The notes beneath the pieces are model-generated. The model was not told the DNA's origin, did not search any database, and saw only the letters and a list, made by a program, of their open reading frames with translations. From positions 64,001 to 128,000 of the forward strand of contig CAWANH010000028.1 of assembly GCA_963783375.1 (NCBI GenBank): a DNA stretch of 64,000 nt, read 5' to 3'. This document shows, piece after piece, positions 49,762 through 59,488 of the stretch; position 1 is the stretch's first letter, and the number at the start of each line of letters is the position of its first letter. The position numbers and the translations under genes are program-made. Source of the stretch: Candidatus Eiseniibacteriota bacterium. GTDB taxonomy: Bacteria > Eisenbacteria > RBG-16-71-46 > JABDJR01.

Positions 49762-49900
49762 AGGGCGGGCTGGCGCGCGCGGGCAGTCCGCGGGCGCGGG
49801 CGACGGCCGGGAGGAAACGCGATCCCGGGACGACCTGCCGAAAGCAACGACGCCGGGCGTCCCTCGGGACGCGACTCCGAACGCGGAAGGAACGTGAAGC

Positions 49901-51379
49901 ATGGTCAAGGAAATGAAGCTCCCCGAGCTGGGGGAGAACATCGAGTCCGCCCAGGTTCTCTCGGTCCTCGTCTCTCCGGGGGACACCGTGGAGAAGGATC
50001 AGGCGGTGATCGAGCTGGAGACGGACAAGGCCACCGCCGAGGTCCCCTCCGAGGTGTCGGGGGTGGTGAAGGAAGTCCGGATCAAGGAGGGGGACGAGAT
50101 CAAGGTCGGCCAGATCATCCTCACCGTCGAGGAGAACGGGGCCGGACCGGCGGAGACGCCGGCGGAAGCGTCGGCCGGGGCCTCGAAGCCGGCGCCGGCG
50201 AAGAAGGCGAAGGCGGCGGAGGCCGCCGAAGCGCCCGGGGAAGCTCCGGCCGCGCGGGAAGAGGCCGCGCCGGATCGCGCGGTGGCCGCGCCCGGAGCCG
50301 GGAAGAGCGCCCCGGAGCGGAAGGAGGCCGCGCCCCGCGAGACCCCTCCCGCGCGCGGTGAGGTCGTCGCGTTCCCGGGGGGAGCGCGGGAGGAGGGCGA
50401 GGGGCGGACCGGGGTCCGGGGATCCTCGGCCCCGGCCGAGATCGGACGGGTGGCCCCCGCCGCGCCCTCGGTCCGGCGGTTGGCCCGGGAGCTGGGGGTC
50501 GACGTGGAGGAGGTGCCCGGCACCGGTCCCGGCGGCCGGATCTCCCAGGACGACGTGAAGGCATACGTCCGCTACCTGGTGTCGGCCGCCGGGCGGCAGA
50601 ACGGCGGCGGTCCGGCCGTCGCGGGCGGGGCGGGCTTCGCCACCCCCGAGCTTCCCGACTTCAGTCCCTGGGGCGAGGTCGAGCGGGAGCCGGCCACCAA
50701 GCTCCGCCGGCTGACCGGCGAGGCGATGTCCGTCTCCTGGCGCACCATCCCTCACGTCACCCAGTTCGACCGGGCCGACATCACCGAGCTCGAGGCCTGG
50801 CGGAAGCGCCGCGCCGCGGGGGGCGAGGACGCGACCAGGATCACGGTCACCGCGGTGGCGGTCAAGGTGGCGGCGGCGGCGCTTCGACGCTTCCCCCGGT
50901 TCAACGCCAGCTACGACGACCGCGAACACGAGATCGTGCTCAAGAAGTACGTGAACGTGGGGGTGGCGGTGGACACCGACCGCGGGCTCCTGGTTCCGGT
51001 GATCCGCGACGCCGACCGGAAGGGCATCCTGGCCATCGCGGCGGAGCTCGCCGAGCTGGCGGAAAAGGCGCGGACCAGGAAGATCTCCGCCGAGGAACTC
51101 CAGGGGGCCAACTTCAACATCTCGAATCTCGGCGGGCTCGGAACCACCAACTTCTCCCCCATCGTGAACTGGCCCCAGGTCGCGGTGCTGGGGATGGGAC
51201 GGGCGACCCGCGAGGCGGTGTACCGGGACTCCGCGGCCACGACGCCCGAGCCCCGGCTCATCCTCCCCCTGGGCGTCTCCTACGACCACCGGGTAATCGA
51301 CGGCGCCGACGCCGCCCGGTTCCTCCGCTGGTTCGCCGAGGCCCTGGAACAACCCCTGCTTCTCGCCCTGGAAGGCTGA
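49901..51379 (+). CDS. aceF: dihydrolipoamide acetyltransferase E2 (one lipoyl domain)
   Basis: ETDKA, E3-binding PSVRRLARE, DHRVIDG. Confidence 0.93.
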   Translation: MVKEMKLPELGENIESAQVLSVLVSPGDTVEKDQAVIELETDKATAEVPSEVSGVVKEVRIKEGDEIKVGQIILTVEENGAGPAETPAEASAGASKPAPAKKAKAAEAAEAPGEAPAAREEAAPDRAVAAPGAGKSAPERKEAAPRETPPARGEVVAFPGGAREEGEGRTGVRGSSAPAEIGRVAPAAPSVRRLARELGVDVEEVPGTGPGGRISQDDVKAYVRYLVSAAGRQNGGGPAVAGGAGFATPELPDFSPWGEVEREPATKLRRLTGEAMSVSWRTIPHVTQFDRADITELEAWRKRRAAGGEDATRITVTAVAVKVAAAALRRFPRFNASYDDREHEIVLKKYVNVGVAVDTDRGLLVPVIRDADRKGILAIAAELAELAEKARTRKISAEELQGANFNISNLGGLGTTNFSPIVNWPQVAVLGMGRATREAVYRDSAATTPEPRLILPLGVSYDHRVIDGADAARFLRWFAEALEQPLLLALEG

Positions 51380-51383
51380 ACCG

Positions 51384-52799
51384 ATGCCCGACACCCAGAT
51401 GACCCGGGTCGCGGTGCTCGGGGGAGGACCGGGGGGCTACGCCGCCGCCTTCCTCGCCGCCGACCTGGGAATGGAAACCGTGCTGATCGACCCGGAAGCC
51501 AACCCGGGCGGGGTGTGTCTCTACCGCGGATGCATCCCCTCCAAGGCGCTTCTCCACGTGGCCAAGGTCATCCACGAGTCGCGGGCCGCCGCGGACTGGG
51601 GGGTGACGTTCGAGGAGCCGCAGATCGACCTCGATCGGGTTCGCGCCTGGAAGAGCGAGGTGGTCGAGAAGCTCACCGGGGGCCTCGGGCAGCTCGCGCG
51701 GAAGCGCAACGTCACCTACATCCGGGGGACGGGCCGGTTCGAGAACCCCCGGAGCCTCCAGGTGGAGACCGAGGTGGGCACGGTGCGGGTGGGGTTCCGG
51801 GACGCGGTGGTGTCCACCGGGTCGCGCCCCGCCGAACTCCCCTTCGCCCCGAAGAGCGGACGCATCATGGACTCCACCGCGGCCCTGGATCTCCCCGACG
51901 TTCCCGAGCGGCTCCTGGTGGTGGGAGGCGGCTACATCGGCCTGGAGATGGGCTCGGTCTACGCCGCGCTCGGCAGCAAGGTGACGGTGGTGGAGATGAT
52001 GGGGAGCCTCCTCCCCGGGGTGGATGCGGACCTGGTGCGGCCCCTGGCCCGGCGGGTCGAGACCGATTTCGAGGCCGTCCACCTGGGGACGCGCATCGTC
52101 TCCATGGAGGAGACCGCTTCCGGGGTGGCGGTGGTCCTGGACGGAGCGGTGGAGGAGAAACGCCAGACCTTCGACCGGGTGCTGGTCTCGGTGGGGCGGA
52201 AGCCGAACTCGTCGAAGCTTGGCCTGGAGGGGACCGCGGTCCGGGTGGACGAGCAGGGCTTCATCCGGGTGAACGGCCAGCGCCGCACCCACGAGCCCTC
52301 GATCTACGCCATCGGCGACGTGGCCGGCCAGCCCATGCTGGCCCACAAGGCGTCCCACGAGGGGAAGACCGCGGTCGAGGCCATCGCCGGCCACAAGGCG
52401 GTCTACGAGCCCGCCGCCGTCCCCGCGGTGGTGTTCACCGATCCCGAGGTGGCGTGGTGCGGGCTCACCGAGACCGAGGCCAAGGCCCGCGGGATCCCGA
52501 TCGAGGTCGGGCGCTTCCCCTGGGGGGCTTCCGGCCGCGCGCTCACCCTGGGCCGCGCCGACGGGCTCACCAAGGTGCTGGTGGAGCCGGGTTCCGGGCG
52601 CGTGCTCGGGGTGGGGATCGTCGGCCCCGGCGCGGGAGAGCTGATCGCCGAGGGAGTCCTGGCGGTGGAGATGGCCGCCACCGCGCGGGACCTGGACCTC
52701 ACCATCCACCCCCACCCCACCCTCTCCGAGACCATGATGGAAGCCGCGGCCACCATCTTCGGCACCGCCACCGACGTGTACAAACCAAGGCGAAAGTAG
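51384..52799 (+). CDS. lpdA: dihydrolipoamide dehydrogenase E3
   Basis: GGGPGGY, GGVCLYRGCIPSK, HPHPTLSE. Confidence 0.96.
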   Translation: MPDTQMTRVAVLGGGPGGYAAAFLAADLGMETVLIDPEANPGGVCLYRGCIPSKALLHVAKVIHESRAAADWGVTFEEPQIDLDRVRAWKSEVVEKLTGGLGQLARKRNVTYIRGTGRFENPRSLQVETEVGTVRVGFRDAVVSTGSRPAELPFAPKSGRIMDSTAALDLPDVPERLLVVGGGYIGLEMGSVYAALGSKVTVVEMMGSLLPGVDADLVRPLARRVETDFEAVHLGTRIVSMEETASGVAVVLDGAVEEKRQTFDRVLVSVGRKPNSSKLGLEGTAVRVDEQGFIRVNGQRRTHEPSIYAIGDVAGQPMLAHKASHEGKTAVEAIAGHKAVYEPAAVPAVVFTDPEVAWCGLTETEAKARGIPIEVGRFPWGASGRALTLGRADGLTKVLVEPGSGRVLGVGIVGPGAGELIAEGVLAVEMAATARDLDLTIHPHPTLSETMMEAAATIFGTATDVYKPRRK

Positions 52800-52928
52800 G
52801 CGGATTGAGGGGCGGGCTCCGGCTCCCCCCTGGTCGCAAGTCCATCCCCCGCGTGAACCGGGCCCTCCGCGCGTATACAATGGCTCGTCCCCCGGGTCCG
52901 CTCGCTCATCGGGGAGGAGTTCATCACG

Positions 52929-54470
52929 GTGTCGTTCCATCCAGGTTTGAAACGGTCTCCGGCCTCGCGGGGTATCTCGGGTCGATTTCGCGGCGTGGCG
53001 AGGGGGGCTGCGGCGGCCGCCCTCGCGTGCCTAGCGCTTTCCGGCGCGATCACATCCGGCGAGGATCGCGAAACGGGGCCGGCCTCCACCACCCTGCCCG
53101 CCGACAGCCTCACCGCCCGCTATCGCGAGGCCTCGGAGCGGTTGATCGCCGCGGCCCGGACGTCCTCCGACGCCTACGAGAACCTGGCCGTCCTCACCGA
53201 CGAAATCGGGAACCGCCTCTCCGGTTCCGTGGGCATGAGCCGGGCCATCGACTGGGCCCAGGACCTCATGCGGCGGGAGGGGTTCGCCAACGTCCACGCG
53301 GAGTCCGTGATGGTGCCGGTCTGGGTGCGCGGGGAGGAGAGCGCGGAGATCGTCGCCCCGGTCCACCGCCGGCTCAGCATCCTGGGTCTGGGGCGAAGCG
53401 TGGGAACGCCCCCCGAAGGCGTCACCGCCGAGGTGCGGGTGGTGAGCACCTTCGCCGAGCTGGACTCCCTCGGCGCGGAGGCCGGGGGAAAGATCATCCT
53501 CTTCGACGCGCCCTTCGTGGACTACGAGACCACCGTGGCCTACCGGGTCCACGGCGCGTCCCGGGCGGCCCGGCTCGGCGCGGTGGCGACGCTGGTGCGC
53601 TCGATCACCCCGGCCAGCCTCGACACCCCTCACACCGGGACCCTCTTCTATGCCGGCGACGCCCCGCGCATCCCCGCCGCGGCGGTGACCCTGGAGGACG
53701 CCCAGCTCATCCATCGCATGGTCGCGCGGGGCGACACGGTGCGGGTGCATCTGACCATGGAGGCGCACACCCTCCCCGATGCGCCCTCGGCCAACGTGGT
53801 GGGGGAGATTCCGGGACACGAGCGGCCGGAGGAGATCGTGCTCCTGGGCTCGCACCTCGACTCCTGGGACGTGGGCCAGGGCGCGCAGGACGACGGGTCG
53901 GGATGCCTGGCGGTGATCGAGGCCGCGCACCTGATCGGCAAGCTGGACCTCGGGCCCCGTCGGACGGTGCGGGTGGTGCTGTTCGTGAACGAGGAGGACG
54001 GCCTTCGCGGCGGGCTCGGGTACCGCGACCGCCATGCCGCCGAGCTCGAGCGTCACGTGGCGGCGATCGAGTCCGACCTGGGAAACGGCCCCCTTCAGGG
54101 GTACGACTACGAGCTGCTCATCCCCAAGGCGCACCGGGAGGACCCCGGGGCGGGGGCGCGCCTCGCCGAGGCCCGCGACGAGGGCCTGGCCGTCCTTCGC
54201 GGGCTGGCCCCGCTCCTCGAGCCCCTGGGCATGGGGAAGATCCGGGCCGGCGGCTCGGGCGCCGACGTCGGGCCGTCGGTGGAGGAGGGGGTCCCGGGCC
54301 TGGGCGTCCGCCACGACATGACCCGGTACTTCGACATCCACCACACCCGGGCCGACACCTTCGACAAGATCGACCGGGGGCGTCTGGACGACGAGGTGGC
54401 GGCGGTGGCGATCGCGGCCTACGTGCTGGCCGACATGCCCGGGCGCTTGCCACGGGCCGGGGGGCCGTAG
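52929..54470 (+). CDS. M28 peptidase with PA domain (carboxypeptidase Q-like)
   Basis: G.RLSGS, SHLDSWD, GAQDDG, NEE, ESD, HHT.ADTFDK. Confidence 0.9.
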   Translation: MSFHPGLKRSPASRGISGRFRGVARGAAAAALACLALSGAITSGEDRETGPASTTLPADSLTARYREASERLIAAARTSSDAYENLAVLTDEIGNRLSGSVGMSRAIDWAQDLMRREGFANVHAESVMVPVWVRGEESAEIVAPVHRRLSILGLGRSVGTPPEGVTAEVRVVSTFAELDSLGAEAGGKIILFDAPFVDYETTVAYRVHGASRAARLGAVATLVRSITPASLDTPHTGTLFYAGDAPRIPAAAVTLEDAQLIHRMVARGDTVRVHLTMEAHTLPDAPSANVVGEIPGHERPEEIVLLGSHLDSWDVGQGAQDDGSGCLAVIEAAHLIGKLDLGPRRTVRVVLFVNEEDGLRGGLGYRDRHAAELERHVAAIESDLGNGPLQGYDYELLIPKAHREDPGAGARLAEARDEGLAVLRGLAPLLEPLGMGKIRAGGSGADVGPSVEEGVPGLGVRHDMTRYFDIHHTRADTFDKIDRGRLDDEVAAVAIAAYVLADMPGRLPRAGGP

Positions 54471-54487
54471 GGCCCCGGTGACGGTGG

Positions 54488-55025
54488 TCAGCTCACTCTT
54501 GATGGGGCCCGTCATGCCGGTGACGGTCCACCCGTCCCCACGTCTCTCGAGAACGTACGTGCCGCCGAATCCGTTCAAGTCCATGAGGTGATGATTGAAC
54601 GGGACGTTGACCTTGCCGGATGCGACTCTTCTCACCTCTCCCACGACCACGGTGGAACCGCCGCCCTCCACGTTTCCTCCGAACCCCCGCTTCACGTCGA
54701 GGAAGTCTTCGATCCACCGGATGTCCAGGCCCCGGTGCGACAGCCGGCGGGAAATTTCGCGCTGAGCCTCCGGGCTGATCATCCGGGTCGGGGGCAGGGG
54801 AACGAGATCGTCCTCGACGTGGTCTTTCGTCCACTTCACCACGTAGACAATCTGTTCTCGCGGGGCGTCGGGGGAACCCGTGCAGGCGGCCAGAATGACG
54901 GCGGAGCAGATTTCGACGTCATCCTTGTCCTGAGCAGTCAGGTGGGACCTGCCGCACGCGAACGAGCAACACCACAGCGCCAGAAACAAGCAGGCTCGTC
55001 GAGAAACGCGACCTTGTTTCGTCAT
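54488..55025 (-). CDS. hypothetical lipoprotein of about 178 aa with a probable 1-nt indel near its 3' end
   Basis: Signal with FAC, lower GC. The frame lacks a stop and runs antisense into the peptidase. Removing one base gives ..TGPIKVS-TGA at 54488. Confidence 0.5.
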
Positions 55026-55148
55026 GATCGATCCAGCCCGAGCGGTCCAAGCAACGCTGCGTTCCCCGGTGCGCACATCCTTGATCGCACCGGGAATCAA
55101 TGCAATCCAAATCCAAACCGAGCGCCCCGCGCGATCGCCCGCCCCACC

Positions 55149-56435
55149 TCACTCCCGCCGGATGACCACCAGGGTCCGGTCATCGAAGGGGGGCTCGCTG
55201 CCGGCGTGGGCGTCCACCTCGTCCATGATCCGGTTCATGAGGGCCTCGGCGGGAAGCCCCCGCTGGCGATGGAGGAGCGTGGTCAGCCGCTCCAGCCCGT
55301 ACTCGGCCCCGTTTCCGTCCACGCTGTCGGTGATGCCGTCCGAGTAGATCACCAGCACGTCCCCGGATCGGACCTCCACCGAGGCCTCGGGGAAGACGAT
55401 CTCCCGCATCACCCCCAGCACCAGGCCCCCGGTGTCGAGCACGGAAATGCCCCCGTCGGGGGAGAAGATCATCGGGTGCTCGTGACCCGCGTTGGCATAC
55501 CACAGGCGGTGCTCGGCGGTGTCGAGAATCCCGTAGAAGCAGGTCGCGAACTTCTCGGAGTCCGTGCTCTGGAACAGCAGCGTATTGGACCGGTGCAGGC
55601 AGTCCGCGGGCGAAGCCTTCATCAGGGTCTGCCCGCGGATCGAGGCCTGGAGGTTCGCCATGAGGAGCGCGGCGGGCATTCCCTTCCCGGAGACGTCGCC
55701 CAGGGAGATCGCCAGCATGCGCTCGTCGATGGGGATGAAGTCATAGTAGTCCCCGCCCACTCCCAGGGCGGGAACGCTCCGCCCGGCGATGTCGTAGCCG
55801 GGGTAGCTCGGAGACCCCTTGGGAAGGAGGTTGGCCTGGATCTCCAGAGCGAGGCGAAGCTCCTCCTGCATGCGGATCATGGCCTGCTGCTCGTCGATCC
55901 GGCGCTGGTTGAGGAGGAAGTTCTCCAGGGCGATGGCCGCCTGGGAGGCGAGCACGTCGGCCAGCTTCAGGTCCCCGGCGGTGAACAGCGATTCCCCGTC
56001 GTGGCGCCCCACGCAGAGCGCCCCGTACACCGCGCGGTCGGTCTTGATCACCGTGCACAGGAACGATTGGGGCACGCCGTCCCGGGAGAGACCCGGCTCG
56101 TCGCGGAGGGCGTAGTACATGCGGGACTTCCCGGCCTCGATCAGCTCCCCCACCACCGACCCGGTGAGGAGCGCGACCACGTCCTCCCCCACCCGGGTCG
56201 TGACCGGACGGAAGAGTCCTTCCCCGGAGCCGGCCGGGCCCACCCAACCCAGGTCGGCGTCGAAGATCTCCATGGCTTCGCCGAGGATGCGCTCCACGTT
56301 CCGCTGGACGTCCAGGCTGGAGAGGAGCTGGCCGGAGAGCCGGTAGACGAGGTCCAGCTCCTCGTAGCACTCCAGGAGATTCCTGGTCAGGCTCTCGATG
56401 GTCCTGGCGGAGCCCTCCGCCCCGATCTTTTCCAT
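55149..56435 (-). CDS. GAF-domain PP2C/SpoIIE phosphatase (RsbU-like)
   Basis: GAF end FTAGDLKLADVLASQAAIALEN, GGDYYD, GDVSGKG, YSDGI, DDRT. Confidence 0.92.
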   Translation of the reverse strand: MEKIGAEGSARTIESLTRNLLECYEELDLVYRLSGQLLSSLDVQRNVERILGEAMEIFDADLGWVGPAGSGEGLFRPVTTRVGEDVVALLTGSVVGELIEAGKSRMYYALRDEPGLSRDGVPQSFLCTVIKTDRAVYGALCVGRHDGESLFTAGDLKLADVLASQAAIALENFLLNQRRIDEQQAMIRMQEELRLALEIQANLLPKGSPSYPGYDIAGRSVPALGVGGDYYDFIPIDERMLAISLGDVSGKGMPAALLMANLQASIRGQTLMKASPADCLHRSNTLLFQSTDSEKFATCFYGILDTAEHRLWYANAGHEHPMIFSPDGGISVLDTGGLVLGVMREIVFPEASVEVRSGDVLVIYSDGITDSVDGNGAEYGLERLTTLLHRQRGLPAEALMNRIMDEVDAHAGSEPPFDDRTLVVIRRE

Positions 56436-56468
56436 GACTACCCCCAACCCAATTGGTTCGCGAGCCGG

Positions 56469-56843
56469 CTAGCCCGACTCCCCAAGGATCTCCTGCAGCT
56501 TGGCCCGCATCTTCCGCGGACTGAACGGCTTGGTCATGAACTCGTCCGCCCCCATGTCCAGGGCGCGCTTCTCGTCCTCCTCCTGGCCGCGGGCCGTGAG
56601 CATGACGATGTAGATGTCCTTGGTCTTCGGATCGTCCTTCAGGCGGCGGCAGACCTCGTGGCCGGAGAGCTTGGGCATCATGATGTCCAGGAAGATCAGG
56701 TCCGGCCTCGTCTCCTGGGCCTTGGCGAGAGCCTCCTCCCCGTCCTCGGCCACGTCCACCTCGAATCCGGCCTTGCGTACGACGTAGGAAACCGACTCCA
56801 CGATGTAGGGTTCGTCGTCGCAGACGAGAACCTTCTTAGACAT
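56469..56843 (-). CDS. single-domain response regulator receiver
   Basis: VLVCDDE, DLIFLDIMMP, MLTA, KPF. Confidence 0.93.
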   Translation of the reverse strand: MSKKVLVCDDEPYIVESVSYVVRKAGFEVDVAEDGEEALAKAQETRPDLIFLDIMMPKLSGHEVCRRLKDDPKTKDIYIVMLTARGQEEDEKRALDMGADEFMTKPFSPRKMRAKLQEILGESG

Positions 56844-59253
56844 GCTGTTCCTCCTCCCCGGTGCGGGCTCGCTGCCCCTCCTTCGTCGTCTCGCAGGCTT
56901 CGATAGCCGTGCCGTCCCCCACCACCGGCAGGGTGAAGTGGAAGGATGCGCCCTCCCCTACCGGGCTCTCCGCCCAGATCCGCCCGCCGTGATGCTCCAC
57001 GATCTCCCGGCAGATCGCCAGCCCCAGGCCGCTCCCTCCCCGGGCCCGGGTCTCGGATGCGTCCACCTGGGAGAACCGCTCGAAGACCCGTTCCAGGTGG
57101 TCGGGGGGGATGCCGCATCCCTCGTCGCGGACGGTGATCTGAAGCAGGGGTCTGCCGTTGCCCCGTTGCTCCTCCATCCGGCAGCCGAGCCAGACCCGCC
57201 CTCCCGGCTCGCTGAACTTGATCGCGTTCTCCAGAAGGTTGGTGATCACCTCCTGGATCCGGTCGCGGTCCGCGCGCACCTTCCCCCCCGGGCAGGATAT
57301 CTGGCGCTCCAGGCGGACCTCCTTGGCCTTGAACGCGGGGAGGAGGCCGTCCACCGCGGCCTCGGCCACCTCGCGCACCGGAAATTCGGACATCCGCCAG
57401 GCCAGCCGGCCGGATTCCAGCCGCGACAGGCTCAAGAGGTTCTTGATGAGGCGTCCCAGCCGGTCGCTCTCCGAGTTGATGATCCCCAGGAACCGCTTCA
57501 TTTCGGGCGTGACGGGCACGGTGTCCGCCTCGTCGAGCAGAATCTCCGAGAACGCCTTGATCGAGGTGAGCGGGGTGCGGAACTCGTGGGATACGGTGGA
57601 GAGGAAGTTCGACTTCAACCGGTCGAGCTCCTTGAGTTCGCGATTGGCCTCGTTCAGGGCCTGGTTCAACGCCTCCAGCTCCCGCGTGCGCTCCTGAACG
57701 CGGTCCTCGAGGGTCCGGTTCAGGGCCTCCAGCTCCCGGGCCGCCTTCTCCCGGAGCTCGATGTTCTCGCGCAGGGAAGCGGTCATGGCGTTGAAGGTCT
57801 CGCCCAGGGTCTGGATCTCGTCGTGGGTCTTGACCCGGATGGAGTGATAGAGGTTTCCCGCCGCGATCTCGCGGGCCCCCGCGGTGACCACGCCCAGGGA
57901 GCGCGAGATTCGCCCTCCCGCCACCACCAGGAGGGAGCCGGCGACCAACAGCGCCAGGCAGGCCACCAGGAGGTTGATGATCCCCGCCCGCCGGGCCTCG
58001 CTCTCGAATTCGCGGGGGAGCGCGGTGGCGAATACGGTCCACGGAACCGTCCCCAGCCCGATGGCCGACGCCAGCCGGGTCCCGTGCTCCCCCGGGACCT
58101 TGATCCAGGGCGCGGTGGGAGGCTCCGAGCCCTCGCCTCCGGCGAAGGCGTCGACCAGAGGATGGTCGGCGAGCCGGATGTTCCGGCCGATCAACTCGGG
58201 ACGGGAGTGGAACAGGATGTCGCCGTCGGAGCTGTTGACCACCGCCAGTTCCCCGCTGGCCCCGAACCGCTCGGCGGACAGATCCTGGGGAAACAGATAG
58301 TCCAGCTTGAGGTTGGCGACCAGGGTGCCCAGACGCTGATCCTTGTCGTCCACCGAGAAGATCGGCATCACCAGCCGGAGGACCCGGGAGCCCCCGGGGG
58401 TCACCCGGTCGGCGTAGACCAGCACCTCGCCGTGGGAAAGGGCCGCCCCGCGCTTCACCGCCCGGAGGTCGCTGTCGGTGAAGCCCCAACCCAGGGGAAG
58501 CCCGTGCAAGATGACCGCGCGGGGGGTGGTGGGAAAGGGAGCGGATCCCGCCGGCGGCGGCTGGAGGTTCACGTTCACGTCCGCCGCCTCGAGGGCCTTC
58601 TCGATGAGCCGGGAGACCCGGTCGGAGATCTCCATGCCTTTCCGGAACGCCTTCAAGGTGTCGGTCGATTGCTCACGGCGGACTTCATCGCGGAGTCTGC
58701 CGCTCACGTTCCGCCCCAGCGCCTCGAGGGTCTGGGTCAGCTGTCCACCGAGGATGGTCTCGGGCGCGGAGGGCGCGATCACGGTGTCCTGGGCGCTCGT
58801 ATCTACCGTGACGTCGGGAACGCCGGCGAGCGGCGCTGAATCCGTCCCCCCGGATCCTCGAAGGCGGAACACCGGCTCGCCGTCGTCGCCGGCGATCACC
58901 AGATCGCTGTAGTAGTTCTCGTACTCCTCGAACAGCTTGTCGAGATACACGCGAAGGGTGCGGTAGGTGTCGACGCGGCTCTCCCCGCCCGTCCCGTCGC
59001 GCGCCAGGAGGTAGTCCTGAACCGGGCGGTTCTCGACGAGGATGCGATCGTTCACCCGCCGCTGGAGCTTCCGGGAGAGATCCTCCCCCACCGACTGGGC
59101 CAGCCGGTCGGTGCGGTTCCCCACCATGTCCTCCACCGCCTTCAGCGAGTTGAAATAGGCGACAAGGCTCACCAGGGCGATCGGGAGCACTCCCCCCACC
59201 AGGAAGAGGGCGATGAGCTTGGCACGGATGGAAGCCAGGGGAATCAGCGACAT
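56836..59253 (-). CDS. membrane sensor histidine kinase (extracytoplasmic domain, HAMP, HisKA, HATPase)
   Basis: Two TM segments, DEIQTLGETFNAM, SHEFRTPLTSI, NLLENAIKF, GSGLGL. Confidence 0.93.
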   Translation of the reverse strand: MSLIPLASIRAKLIALFLVGGVLPIALVSLVAYFNSLKAVEDMVGNRTDRLAQSVGEDLSRKLQRRVNDRILVENRPVQDYLLARDGTGGESRVDTYRTLRVYLDKLFEEYENYYSDLVIAGDDGEPVFRLRGSGGTDSAPLAGVPDVTVDTSAQDTVIAPSAPETILGGQLTQTLEALGRNVSGRLRDEVRREQSTDTLKAFRKGMEISDRVSRLIEKALEAADVNVNLQPPPAGSAPFPTTPRAVILHGLPLGWGFTDSDLRAVKRGAALSHGEVLVYADRVTPGGSRVLRLVMPIFSVDDKDQRLGTLVANLKLDYLFPQDLSAERFGASGELAVVNSSDGDILFHSRPELIGRNIRLADHPLVDAFAGGEGSEPPTAPWIKVPGEHGTRLASAIGLGTVPWTVFATALPREFESEARRAGIINLLVACLALLVAGSLLVVAGGRISRSLGVVTAGAREIAAGNLYHSIRVKTHDEIQTLGETFNAMTASLRENIELREKAARELEALNRTLEDRVQERTRELEALNQALNEANRELKELDRLKSNFLSTVSHEFRTPLTSIKAFSEILLDEADTVPVTPEMKRFLGIINSESDRLGRLIKNLLSLSRLESGRLAWRMSEFPVREVAEAAVDGLLPAFKAKEVRLERQISCPGGKVRADRDRIQEVITNLLENAIKFSEPGGRVWLGCRMEEQRGNGRPLLQITVRDEGCGIPPDHLERVFERFSQVDASETRARGGSGLGLAICREIVEHHGGRIWAESPVGEGASFHFTLPVVGDGTAIEACETTKEGQRARTGEEEQHV

Positions 59254-59419
59254 CTCAGAATTCCGTCGTCGGGGGATCCGGCCCTCCGGCGCTCGGATCG
59301 CGACCGGATCCAGTCTTCAACCGGACCTCTAGAATCGCACAAGCGAGACCCCGGCGACAGGCCAAAGACCGCGGCCGGCGGGAGGTGTAGCGAGCCATGC
59401 CGGGCCCCTTTCGGGCCTC

Positions 59420-59488
59420 TCAGGCCAGGAAAAAAACGACGACGAGGACGGCGACGAAGCGCCCGAGCAGGTTCAGGGAGCGGATCAC
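59420..59488 (-). CDS. putative 22-aa hydrophobic peptide MIRSLNLLGRFVAVLVVVFFLA
   Basis: GTG start overlaps the TGA of the TolB-like gene (GTGA), G-rich RBS, single TM-like stretch. Confidence 0.4.
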   Translation of the reverse strand: MIRSLNLLGRFVAVLVVVFFLA

